From: Minisyncoccia bacterium
Lineage (GTDB): Bacteria; Patescibacteriota; Minisyncoccia; Phycocordibacterales; UBA9973
DNA: 64,000 nt
Direction of reading: 5' to 3'
Assembly: GCA_041737125.1 (NCBI GenBank)
Contig: JBGSSJ010000014.1
Coordinates: 68,375-132,374 of the forward strand
Shown here: positions 29,244-37,977 of the stretch, piece after piece
How the letters are laid out: each line of letters begins with the position of its first letter
Position numbering within the stretch: the first letter of the stretch is position 1
Translations under genes and position numbers: made by a program
The notes under the pieces: generated by a model
Told to the model about the DNA's origin: nothing
Database searches by the model: none
The model's input: the letters and a program-made list of their open reading frames with translations, nothing else

Positions 29244-29969
29244 TCAACCTAGTGGATGATTCTTCATATCCTCCTCCGCTTTCTTTGGGTTTGTAGCAAA
29301 AAACACTTGCCCAATATACCCAGGTTCATCAATCAGCATAATGCCACCATCCAGATCGTATTTAGTGCAGACTTCTTTCAAGCTCATTAGTGTAATGACA
29401 CAAGTGTCTGCTCTGACTATTCTCTTCAAGTTCTCAACAAAAGGTCTCTTCTCTTTAAAATCAATCTTTGATGGTCTGTACGTTGGGTGAATAAACTCTG
29501 ACAACCTTTGATATGACGTTAGGTATTGGGACTCAGAATTTACGGCTGTAAACTTCTCACGAATCTTAGTCTCCTTGTAGCCTTTCAGTTGCTCCTTAAA
29601 AAATTCATACATTTCCTTTGCCTCAGGTGTGTATTCATCTAGTGCTTCGAACTTTTTCGCCATGCCTTTGACTTGTGTCAGCTTAAAGTTTGTCGCTCTC
29701 TTTTCAGTGTCCTCCTTGTAGATGTATTGGAGATTGATTGAGTTTTCTAAGATTGATCTAGATAGCTTTATACACCCCTCAAAATCATTTCTCATGATCA
29801 ACGTGTCCATTGATTCAAATATCCCAATGAACTCTTCTATAGAAAATTTGGTCACATCAAAAACGTCCTCGGGTATGGATTTCCGCTTTTCCTGAATCTG
29901 CTCCAGATGATCCTGAAGAATCGACTTCATGGCTCCGAACACTGTCTTTTTCTTGAAGAGGTTAAACAT
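29244..29969 (-). CDS. hypothetical protein (operon member, unknown function)
   Basis: ORF only; tightly packed with neighbours. Confidence 0.4.
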   Translation of the reverse strand: MFNLFKKKTVFGAMKSILQDHLEQIQEKRKSIPEDVFDVTKFSIEEFIGIFESMDTLIMRNDFEGCIKLSRSILENSINLQYIYKEDTEKRATNFKLTQVKGMAKKFEALDEYTPEAKEMYEFFKEQLKGYKETKIREKFTAVNSESQYLTSYQRLSEFIHPTYRPSKIDFKEKRPFVENLKRIVRADTCVITLMSLKEVCTKYDLDGGIMLIDEPGYIGQVFFATNPKKAEEDMKNHPLG

Positions 29970-29983
29970 TGTTTTACTATTAA

Positions 29984-30199
29984 TTACTTTCCGTTAGTCT
30001 TTTCAAATTTCTCTAGCTCCTGTTTGATCACATTCCTACAAAGGACTTCGAGGTAATTCAATCTTTTCAATATCTGTTCTTCGGTACTTGTTTCGTCAGA
30101 CATTATTTTCCTATACTCCTCTATAGAGATCGACATGTTAAATGAGTACGATAAGTTGAAGTATGAATCCACTAAGAAGTAGTACGCCTCCAATAACAC
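29984..30199 (-). CDS. hypothetical small protein (likely start at internal Met near 30136)
   Basis: ORF overlaps the upstream gene unless the internal Met is used. Confidence 0.2.
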   Translation of the reverse strand: MLLEAYYFLVDSYFNLSYSFNMSISIEEYRKIMSDETSTEEQILKRLNYLEVLCRNVIKQELEKFEKTNGK

Positions 30200-30929
30200 C
30201 CCATTTTCTTTGAGTCAGACGATCTTGAACTTGCGGTAGTTTTAGATTCTCTTCATCAGTACCACCCCAACGAGAAACACCCAATCGTAGTGCTTCTTTT
30301 TGAGAAATAAACAAACCTTTTGCAAAAGCGATACTTCCTAGAAAGCTCAATGTGAGTCCAGCGATATTTAAGTACCCATCAATACCAGTCAATTGAACTG
30401 TAGGTATATCAAAGAAACCAGACAAAGCTGACCACGGGATAACCGACAGGATCAATGCGAGATAAATAACGATGAATATTTTTGGAACATATAATTCGAT
30501 GTGACTGAACGGCCAGTAAACTTTCTTATCTTCTCCACGACCCAACATTTCCCATTCCGTATCGTACAGAGCAAGTGGTAGTCGCATTTCAATCGCGTGG
30601 ACTACTTTGAATTTCGCACTGTTCAGCCCCTTGTATGATGCGATGATTCTGTACCACAAGTAACAGATGGTTATACCTGCAATCGAAGATACACCAAGCA
30701 TAAGACTTATTTCGGACTGACTTGTCTTTGTTGCAATAAATCCCAAAAGAGCAACAAGTGCGGTATTCAAACCAAGAAAGAACTCGTTAGTCTTTTGTCT
30801 GCGATCACTTATCTTCTCAGTAGCGTTGATATAAATCTTGTACTGATCCAAAAGGTGCTCAATATACTTATCACCGTATTTTTCCGATGCAGAGATAAAT
30901 AATATTTTTTCAATATCTTCTTTTTGCAT
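30138..30929 (-). CDS. multi-TM membrane protein with short N-terminal cytoplasmic helix; SLATT/DUF4231-like putative pore-forming effector
   Basis: N-terminal KYIEHLLDQYKIYINATEKISDRRQKTNEFFLGLNTAL pattern followed by about 5 TM helices; 4-bp gap to the TIR-like gene. Confidence 0.45.
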   Translation of the reverse strand: MQKEDIEKILFISASEKYGDKYIEHLLDQYKIYINATEKISDRRQKTNEFFLGLNTALVALLGFIATKTSQSEISLMLGVSSIAGITICYLWYRIIASYKGLNSAKFKVVHAIEMRLPLALYDTEWEMLGRGEDKKVYWPFSHIELYVPKIFIVIYLALILSVIPWSALSGFFDIPTVQLTGIDGYLNIAGLTLSFLGSIAFAKGLFISQKEALRLGVSRWGGTDEENLKLPQVQDRLTQRKWGVIGGVLLLSGFILQLIVLI

Positions 30930-30932
30930 AAA

Positions 30933-31340
30933 TTATGACAGCTCACGGATACCAGCCACGATAGAACTTGTGTTCCATTTGACTATTTTGTCCGCATTTT
31001 TCTTTACGACCAATGATGTTTTTTCACTCGCCCAAGGTTCGATAGCAAGAATCGGTTTCGGATTTGTGAACCCTTTTGCAAGTGCAATCTCTTTATTAAT
31101 CCAATCGCTGTAACTTGAGTATACTCCCGCAAGAATTATGATCACATCACAAAAACGCATCTGATCTTGTATAGCTCGTGATAAAGCAATAGAGCTTGGA
31201 GCGTTGTGAATGGGATCATTCTTCGGTACAGAATAGTCCTTAAAATTAAATCGTGGGTCTGCGTTGAGCATTTTAATGAGCTTATCGTATGCATCACCGT
31301 ACGCCCAAGAGTGACTTATGAATATGTTGTAGTGTCTCAT
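30933..31340 (-). CDS. TIR-like domain protein (DUF1863/ThsB-type)
   Basis: N-terminal YNIFISHSWAYGD and conserved W..KEIALAKG glutamate region; 135 aa. Confidence 0.6.
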   Translation of the reverse strand: MRHYNIFISHSWAYGDAYDKLIKMLNADPRFNFKDYSVPKNDPIHNAPSSIALSRAIQDQMRFCDVIIILAGVYSSYSDWINKEIALAKGFTNPKPILAIEPWASEKTSLVVKKNADKIVKWNTSSIVAGIRELS

Positions 31341-31343
31341 ATA

Positions 31344-32285
31344 TTATATCTTTCCCTCCTTAACTAACCTCCAATAATGGTAACCGAGCGCCGTTAACTT
31401 ACATGTCTTTGAATTTTGAGCAACATAATACATATGCTCCTCTCCCACAGGCATCACCAAACCTATGCTCACCAACTTCTGCAGATTTTTTAGTATCGCG
31501 ACTTTTTCAGGAACAGCGATATCCTTATTATCAAATTCATAGGTTGGATCGAGTTGATACTCTTGCTCTGGTACCGAAAAATACTCCGTCATCTTTCTTA
31601 AGACTTCTACTGGTACCTGCGGACTAATGGTTCGCAAAGAAGTGAATCTTGTGACATTTGTTTTAAAAACTGGTCGCTGATCCCATGGACCAAGAGCTTG
31701 ATCAATATAGGCGTAGACACTGCCTGGTGTTATGTGACCACGCAAATCCGCCGCACCCCCTTGTAGTGCGTCAATAAGTAAATTAGTGAAGATGCCATGA
31801 CCATTAACCTCAATAGCACTTTCCGCAGACCTGCTCGCAGTCAGAATTACTACACCTTCGATTATTTGAGCAGAACCATTTCCAATTATCGCAGGAGATC
31901 CAAATGCTCCAGAATGACAACAATCCAAAATTATCACCTTATCTTTCGCTTTGGATTTATTTGCCAAAGTAAGTATTTCGTCCATTGAAACACCCTCATC
32001 ATTCTGCTGGTAATCTGGTGTCACTATATAACCACCAAGATCATTGAAGAATCCGTGACCTGAAAAGTAAAACAAGGCAATGTCACTATCACCCTCAAAC
32101 AATTCTCTGACCATGGTTTTTAGCTGTGACTTTGTTGTAACATCAGTCTCCAATTTCACGGCAAAATTAGGAGCGCCGTCACCATTCTTCTCAATTGTGG
32201 TAGCAAAGGCTGTGGCATCATTAACACACCCCTTAAGAGGTGCTGTTGGATAGTTATTTATACCGATAACAAGTGCCTTTCTCAT
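31344..32285 (-). CDS. caspase-family (peptidase C14, metacaspase-like) cysteine protease
   Basis: ALVIGINNY...GCVNDA, FYFSGHG (His) and ILDCCHSG (Cys) catalytic dyad motifs. Confidence 0.75.
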   Translation of the reverse strand: MRKALVIGINNYPTAPLKGCVNDATAFATTIEKNGDGAPNFAVKLETDVTTKSQLKTMVRELFEGDSDIALFYFSGHGFFNDLGGYIVTPDYQQNDEGVSMDEILTLANKSKAKDKVIILDCCHSGAFGSPAIIGNGSAQIIEGVVILTASRSAESAIEVNGHGIFTNLLIDALQGGAADLRGHITPGSVYAYIDQALGPWDQRPVFKTNVTRFTSLRTISPQVPVEVLRKMTEYFSVPEQEYQLDPTYEFDNKDIAVPEKVAILKNLQKLVSIGLVMPVGEEHMYYVAQNSKTCKLTALGYHYWRLVKEGKI

Positions 32286-32289
32286 GTTG

Positions 32290-32661
32290 TTAAAGTTTGC
32301 TCAAGAATGATTTTATGTTTGTCCAACTCCAAACATTAATAAGTCGTGTGTTCAGAGGATATGAAAGTGTAGGACGATCACTGGTTGAGTACATCAACAT
32401 TGTCGGGATCTTTTCTTCCTCTGCGGTTTTAATTTCAAATAGCTGACCTGTTGCTGATGGCGTATTTTTACTTATGAGTGCAATAACGCCGTCACAGCCT
32501 TTGATTTTTGTTCGACACTTCGATTCCCAGTCTGTCTCCCATGGTGTCTTTACAGACATATCAACAAACTCAAATGGTGAGTTGTCGTTTTTTGCTTGCC
32601 CTACAAGAAAATCTCGAGATGTCTTGTCTTCAATAGCGAATGCGATAAATATTCTTTTCAT
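32290..32661 (-). CDS. TIR-like domain protein (DUF1863/ThsB-type), second copy
   Basis: MKRIFIAFAIEDK N-terminus and GVIALISKNTPSATGQLFEIKTAEEE conserved Glu region. Start moved to the internal Met, which leaves a 4-bp gap to the LexA stop. Confidence 0.6.
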   Translation of the reverse strand: MKRIFIAFAIEDKTSRDFLVGQAKNDNSPFEFVDMSVKTPWETDWESKCRTKIKGCDGVIALISKNTPSATGQLFEIKTAEEEKIPTMLMYSTSDRPTLSYPLNTRLINVWSWTNIKSFLSKL

Positions 32662-32665
32662 AATT

Positions 32666-33283
32666 TTAATAGAGATCTCCGGGAAGTACCGCAACTACTA
32701 CTCCTTGGATCATGCAGTTATCTGTTAATACGATCGGCTTGTAGGTTTTGTTGCTCGACTTTGGTCTGAGAACAACTACGCCGTCTGCCTTTTCAAAAAC
32801 CTTCACAGTAGCCTCGTCATTGATGAGTGCAACTACTTTGTCTCCGTCCTGTGCAGTATCTTGCTGACGAATCAGTAAGAGATCGCCACTGTCGATACCT
32901 GCCTCATTCATTGAGTCGCCAACCGCACGCAGAATAAAATACTTTGAACCTTTCTTTGCCAGACCTGTAGAGACTGGGATATAGGTTTGTATATTCTCTT
33001 CTGCAAGCGCTGGAGTACCGCAGGTAACAGCTCCGATCAGAGGAACATTCACAGTGCTTACTGAAGCTACCGACTGTGTACCAATGATCACGAGCTGTCT
33101 CCCGATCTTCTTTACCAATCCTGCTTCGATCAAACGATCAATCACAAGACTAGCGGAGCGTGGAGATTTTCCTCCCGTTACCTCGTTTATTTCACGAAGC
33201 GATGGGCTTTCACCATAATGGATAATCTTGTTGCGGATAAGGGCAAAAGCTTTTTTGTCTTTGTCACTAAGGTTATTTGTCAT
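32666..33283 (-). CDS. lexA: LexA-like repressor (winged HTH plus S24 peptidase); likely start at Met of MTNNLSDKDKKAFALIRNKI
   Basis: LexA-like N-terminal domain, cleavage-site region VTCGTPALAEEN, Ser motif VGDSMNEAGI and Lys in ATVKVF. Confidence 0.75.
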   Translation of the reverse strand: MTNNLSDKDKKAFALIRNKIIHYGESPSLREINEVTGGKSPRSASLVIDRLIEAGLVKKIGRQLVIIGTQSVASVSTVNVPLIGAVTCGTPALAEENIQTYIPVSTGLAKKGSKYFILRAVGDSMNEAGIDSGDLLLIRQQDTAQDGDKVVALINDEATVKVFEKADGVVVLRPKSSNKTYKPIVLTDNCMIQGVVVAVLPGDLY

Positions 33284-33373
33284 GGTATAAACAGTATAAA
33301 ATATCGTATACAAAAAAGCAAGACTCCCTACTGAGGGGGAGAACACTGTCAAGGATTCTTTTGACTCTTCCAC

Positions 33374-33607
33374 TTTTAAAGCGTCAGAATCTTCACGACT
33401 GCAAATAACTCAAAGAACGTTTATATCCTTTATTACAAGGATATTTTTATGCTGACGCATTCAGCGTGCGTACACGCAGGAGCTTGCACATTACTTTCCC
33501 CAAAAATCCAAACGCACTTTCTTAGTATCGTGACTATGTAACACAGTGCTGTCATTTTCTAGAGATGACACCCCTGATTACATCATTATCACTAATTCAC
33601 ACACATT
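33374..33607. promoter_or_regulatory. divergent control region between the LexA-like gene and the ParB-MTase/terminase genes, with several palindromes (candidate operators)
   Basis: TATCCTT-attac-AAGGATA, ACACAGTGCTGTCA, GCTGACGCATTCAGCGTGCG and GAACGTTT-like elements in a 234-bp non-coding gap between divergent genes. Confidence 0.4.
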
Positions 33608-34888
33608 ATGAAAAAAGAAACATTGGAATGGATTTCAGGAATTGAGGACGTTAAAAAGTTAAAGCCTTGGAAAGACAATCCCAGGGACATAACGAATGCA
33701 GGGTTTGAAAGATTGAAAGACAGAATCAGACTGCGTGGTTTTCACAGTTCGATAGTTGTTGATATTGATAACACCATCCTCTCAGGAAACATGAGATGGC
33801 GGGCACTTAATGCACTCGGTATTAAAAGGGTCAATATTCTCAGACCGAATAGAAAACTAACGAACGAGGAGCGAAAAAAGATTGCACTCGAAAGTAATTT
33901 GAACGACGGCGAGTGGAACATGGAAGCCTTGAAGTCATTTAACTTGGAGCTACTGACTGATGTCGGGTTCGATCAGATGAAGCTCGTGGAGTTCTGGGAC
34001 AAGGATGCGAAGGTTGCGAATGAACCTTTTGATCTTGAGAAAGAAATCAAGATTGCTCAGAAGACTGATATTAAACACGGGAACATGTATCAGCTCGGTC
34101 GCCACAGATTAATTTGCAGTGACGCTACGGATCCAAATACCGTCATCAGGTTGATGAACGGAGCAAAGGTAGACCTCATCAATCAAGATCCACCTTTTAA
34201 TATAGGGCTGTCATACGACAAAGGAGTTGGTGGAAAGAAGAGCAACAAGAACTACGGCGGTGGAACGAACGACAACATGAGCGATGAGGGATACAAGGAC
34301 TTCATCAGGAAGATGATCACGAATGCGTTGTCCGTCAGTAAGAAGGACTGTCATGTTGCCTATTGGGCAGATGAGAGGTTCGTCTGGATTTTTCAAACCT
34401 TATACAAAGAATTGGGTGTCGCTTCCAAGAGACTTCTCATATGGGTTAAGAACAATGCGAGTCCGACACCTAGAACTGCTTTTAACAAAGCAACGGAATA
34501 CATTATCTATGGCACAGTTGGCTCTCCGTACCTTTCTCCAAATGTCCACAATGCCAATGAAATAATAAATCCCGATACGACAACGGGAAATGATCTGCTC
34601 GACGAGTTGAGTAACATCATTCTCCAAAAGAGATTGCCGAGCAACCAATATAATCACCCCACACAAAAGGATCCTCAGGTGCACACCAAGATACTCAAAC
34701 GCTGTACCAAGATCGGTGATGTGGTGCTTGATCTAACCGCTGGTTCTGGAAGTATCATGTCCGCCTGTGAGCAGTTAGGCAGAGTCGCCTACATGTGTGA
34801 CTACGAGCCTATTTTCTGCCAAGTAATCCTGAATAGATACAAGAAGATGACTGGACTTAATCCTGTACAGATATATGAAGAAAAATAA
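33608..34888 (+). CDS. ParB-like nuclease domain fused to a beta-class DNA (N6-adenine or N4-cytosine) methyltransferase
   Basis: N-terminal ParB/Srx-like region; motif IV DPPF (LINQDPPFNIG) precedes motif I VVLDLTAGSGS, the order typical of beta-class amino-MTases. Confidence 0.7.
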   Translation: MKKETLEWISGIEDVKKLKPWKDNPRDITNAGFERLKDRIRLRGFHSSIVVDIDNTILSGNMRWRALNALGIKRVNILRPNRKLTNEERKKIALESNLNDGEWNMEALKSFNLELLTDVGFDQMKLVEFWDKDAKVANEPFDLEKEIKIAQKTDIKHGNMYQLGRHRLICSDATDPNTVIRLMNGAKVDLINQDPPFNIGLSYDKGVGGKKSNKNYGGGTNDNMSDEGYKDFIRKMITNALSVSKKDCHVAYWADERFVWIFQTLYKELGVASKRLLIWVKNNASPTPRTAFNKATEYIIYGTVGSPYLSPNVHNANEIINPDTTTGNDLLDELSNIILQKRLPSNQYNHPTQKDPQVHTKILKRCTKIGDVVLDLTAGSGSIMSACEQLGRVAYMCDYEPIFCQVILNRYKKMTGLNPVQIYEEK

Positions 34889-35264
34889 GATACAGGATAA
34901 ATTTTTTGAAGAACTCAAAACTATCCCGATCGTTCAGGTCGCTTGTGAAAAATCAGGGGTTTCCAGAAACAGCGTGTATCGTTGGAAGAAAGAAGATAAG
35001 TCGTTCTCAAAGAAAATGGATCAGGCGCTTGCTGACGGCGTGGCATTCGTGAGTGATATGAGTGAAAGCCAGCTCCTCACGCTAATCAAAGAAAAGAGTT
35101 TCCCTGCACTTAGCTTTTGGCTACGGCACAGGAATGACAACTACAAAACCAAGGTCGAAGTATCGGGATCAATATCAACAAAAGAAGATCCGCTCACCAA
35201 AGAACAGAAGAATCTCGTACGGCAAGCACTGAAATTATCTTCTCTCAAACACCATGAGAAATGA
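34875..35264 (+). CDS. phage terminase small subunit-like HTH protein
   Basis: HTH CEKSGVSRNSVYRWKKED, and position immediately upstream of the terminase large subunit with an overlapping start. Confidence 0.5.
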   Translation: MKKNKIQDKFFEELKTIPIVQVACEKSGVSRNSVYRWKKEDKSFSKKMDQALADGVAFVSDMSESQLLTLIKEKSFPALSFWLRHRNDNYKTKVEVSGSISTKEDPLTKEQKNLVRQALKLSSLKHHEK

Positions 35265-36696
35265 AAGTAAGCAGATCTTCGAGCGAGTCCTGAAAGATCA
35301 GCGGTTTCGGCAAGAAGTCGTTAGAAAAAGTTTGGAGTTTTTCTTTCCTATATATCTGCACGAATACATCAAGTACGAAACACCACCCTTTCACAATGAG
35401 ATATTTCGTATTCTTCAAAATGAGAAAAACAAGCTTGCTGTCATCGCTGCATTTCGAGGTTCAGCAAAATCAACTATCGTAACAACCGCATATGTTCTGT
35501 GGTCTATCTTAGGAGTACAACAAAAAAAGTTCATCATCGTATGTTCACAGACTGAAGCAAAAGCAAGACAACATCTGAACAATATTAAATATCAACTTCT
35601 CAATAATGAACTCTTAAAGAAAGACCTTGGACCATTCGAAGAAGAGAAGAATAATCTTGGGAATGCCACTGCTCTGATTATTAAACGAATGAATGTGAAG
35701 ATTATGATCTGCTCCATTGAGCAGAGTATTCGTGGTATGCGACATAATGAGCATCGTCCTGATCTTATTATTCTCGATGACATTGAAGATATGAACTCAG
35801 TCAAAACAAAGGAGGGTCGAAACAAAACATTTGACTGGCTCACTGGCGATATTATCCCTGCAGGTACCCGAAAGACTCGGATCATCGCTATCGGCAACCT
35901 GCTCCACGAAGACTGTGTATTGAAACGACTGGAGAAGAAGATTGAAAAAGGTGAAGTGAAATTAATGAATGGTATCTATCGCGAGTATCCAATTATAGAC
36001 AACAAAGGCAACGCACTTTGGGCTGGTAAATACCCAACCACTGAATCTATTGAGGAAGAGCGAGAAAAGGCTCTGAACGATATTGCGTGGCATCGAGAGT
36101 ACCTACTCAAGATCATTTCAAGCGATGAGCAGATCGTAAAACCAGAATGGATAAAGTTGTATGACAAATTTCAAACTGATGGATTCAGGGGTATCTATAT
36201 TGGCGTAGACTTGGCTATCGGCGAGAAAGAAACGAATGATTGCACAGCTATGGTTATCGGGTATGTCTTTGGTATCGGAAAGAAGATGAAAATATACATC
36301 CGTCCAAAACCATTTAATGCCAGAGTTCCATTTCCTGAGCAAGCTGAGTATTTAGCAAATTTGATTGCAAGGGAAAAAATCACACACAATAGAGTCAAAG
36401 TATACGTCGAGGACGTTGGGTATCAGCGAGCACTTGTGCAGTACTTCGATAGCAACAAGTACGATATCGAAGCTGTGCCAGTTGGCAGAATGAGTAAGTC
36501 ATTGCGACTGCAATTGACCACACCACTCCTCAAAGAAAGTAGAGTTCTCTTTCCAGAGGAAGGGTGCGAAGAACTTATTGAGCAGTTACTTGGATTTGGA
36601 AAAGAAAAGCATGACGATCTGGTCGATGCGTTTTCTTTGCTAGTGATGAAAGTGATCGATAATAACCCGAGTAACGCAGGAATAATATTTGGATAG
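35254..36696 (+). CDS. phage terminase large subunit
   Basis: ATPase Walker A-like AFRGSAKST, Walker B-like LIILDDIED, and C-terminal nuclease motif EKHDDLVDAFSLLV. Confidence 0.7.
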   Translation: MRNESKQIFERVLKDQRFRQEVVRKSLEFFFPIYLHEYIKYETPPFHNEIFRILQNEKNKLAVIAAFRGSAKSTIVTTAYVLWSILGVQQKKFIIVCSQTEAKARQHLNNIKYQLLNNELLKKDLGPFEEEKNNLGNATALIIKRMNVKIMICSIEQSIRGMRHNEHRPDLIILDDIEDMNSVKTKEGRNKTFDWLTGDIIPAGTRKTRIIAIGNLLHEDCVLKRLEKKIEKGEVKLMNGIYREYPIIDNKGNALWAGKYPTTESIEEEREKALNDIAWHREYLLKIISSDEQIVKPEWIKLYDKFQTDGFRGIYIGVDLAIGEKETNDCTAMVIGYVFGIGKKMKIYIRPKPFNARVPFPEQAEYLANLIAREKITHNRVKVYVEDVGYQRALVQYFDSNKYDIEAVPVGRMSKSLRLQLTTPLLKESRVLFPEEGCEELIEQLLGFGKEKHDDLVDAFSLLVMKVIDNNPSNAGIIFG

Positions 36697-36700
36697 ATTT

Positions 36701-37618
36701 TTATTCGTTTATCTTAAAAGAGACAATCGCAAGCAGTAGCTCAAAGTCATTCATTGAAATAATAAATGGAGCTTCTTTTCCTTTCTTGAATAGATACAAA
36801 AATCCATCTCTAATATCCAAAGAAGATATTTTATCGTAAGGAATACTAAGATGTTTATTAAGACCAATGTACCCAAGATTATCTGTGGTTAGATATAGAG
36901 TACCTGCATCATCAGTCATCATCACATTCACTTTTTGTGGATTAATTTTGATGTTACCAACTCGATACCTTAATCCCTTGGCGATCTTTATAGATGCAGA
37001 AAAGCCACTATAGTTGTAACTCTTCGTTATTGATTTGTTTTTAACAATAAATGCCTTATTTACACAGTGCAGTTTTTCACCTGCCTTTAAATTGACATTC
37101 AGATTTGGAACATCAATGGTCGGTAGCTTTCCCTCGTCTATTAAATAAAGCGTATGGTATTTATTAAAATCACTTTGATTATACGCAAGATTATCTGTAG
37201 AGAGATTCAGATCAGAATAAATTTTAACAAGCTCTTTTCTCTCGGCTTCTGTAATTCTTGAGTCGTCCGTAATTTTATCAAAGAAAGTTTTGAATCCTAT
37301 GAGATTATATTTTTCGACATCCTTGTCAGACAAATTATGATCTTTTTTAATTCCCTCTAAAACTACCTTGTCGTCTTCTGACAGGTTTCCATCAATCAGT
37401 AATTCTTTGATTTTTTCTGAATATAAACTTAACGCTTTTCTTTTAGGTGATCTAAATACTTTTGTAAATAGAAAATAAACTGCACCTATGGCGATACCTA
37501 TGTAGAGGAGATCTTTAAATAAACTGAAATTGACGATGATTATCGTGAGCACTATAAGAGTAAGTATTATCTGCTTGGCAAGAGATAAATCCTTAAACTT
37601 TTGTAAAAGATTTTTCAT
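36701..37618 (-). CDS. membrane-anchored hypothetical protein
   Basis: Two N-terminal TM helices and an unknown C-terminal domain. Confidence 0.4.
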   Translation of the reverse strand: MKNLLQKFKDLSLAKQIILTLIVLTIIIVNFSLFKDLLYIGIAIGAVYFLFTKVFRSPKRKALSLYSEKIKELLIDGNLSEDDKVVLEGIKKDHNLSDKDVEKYNLIGFKTFFDKITDDSRITEAERKELVKIYSDLNLSTDNLAYNQSDFNKYHTLYLIDEGKLPTIDVPNLNVNLKAGEKLHCVNKAFIVKNKSITKSYNYSGFSASIKIAKGLRYRVGNIKINPQKVNVMMTDDAGTLYLTTDNLGYIGLNKHLSIPYDKISSLDIRDGFLYLFKKGKEAPFIISMNDFELLLAIVSFKINE

Positions 37619-37977
37619 TAACTTTGGACGGTTTTTCTAATAATGAACTGGGCAGGTAGCAAAAAACTCCTAGCCAGATCCGACATACCCCGTGAGGTAT
37701 GCCCACATCAGTTTCCCGATGTGACCGTCCAAAGTAGACCCCTGACTAGGAGATCTTTGCTTTGGACGGATTTGCAACCATATCCTTTGGCGAACCAAAG
37801 GGGTTAGGTCGACTGATATTCAGTTGTAAATGAATAATAACATTTTCAGAGTTATTACTCTAGATTGATTGTATCGCTGATACGTGGTTTTGCTAAGGAT
37901 AGTATCGCGAGTATGCGACGTATTTCTTAGTCTGCATAGTCTTAGCAAAATAGATGATCTGCGTCATTAATTAATAT
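37619..37977. promoter_or_regulatory. palindrome-rich non-coding region upstream of the second serine recombinase (candidate attachment site and promoter)
   Basis: CTTTGGACGG at 37621 and 37758 with its inverse CCGTCCAAAG at 37725; CTCCTAG / CTAGGAG inverted pair; TTGCTAAG..CTTAGCAA inverted pair. Confidence 0.35.
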
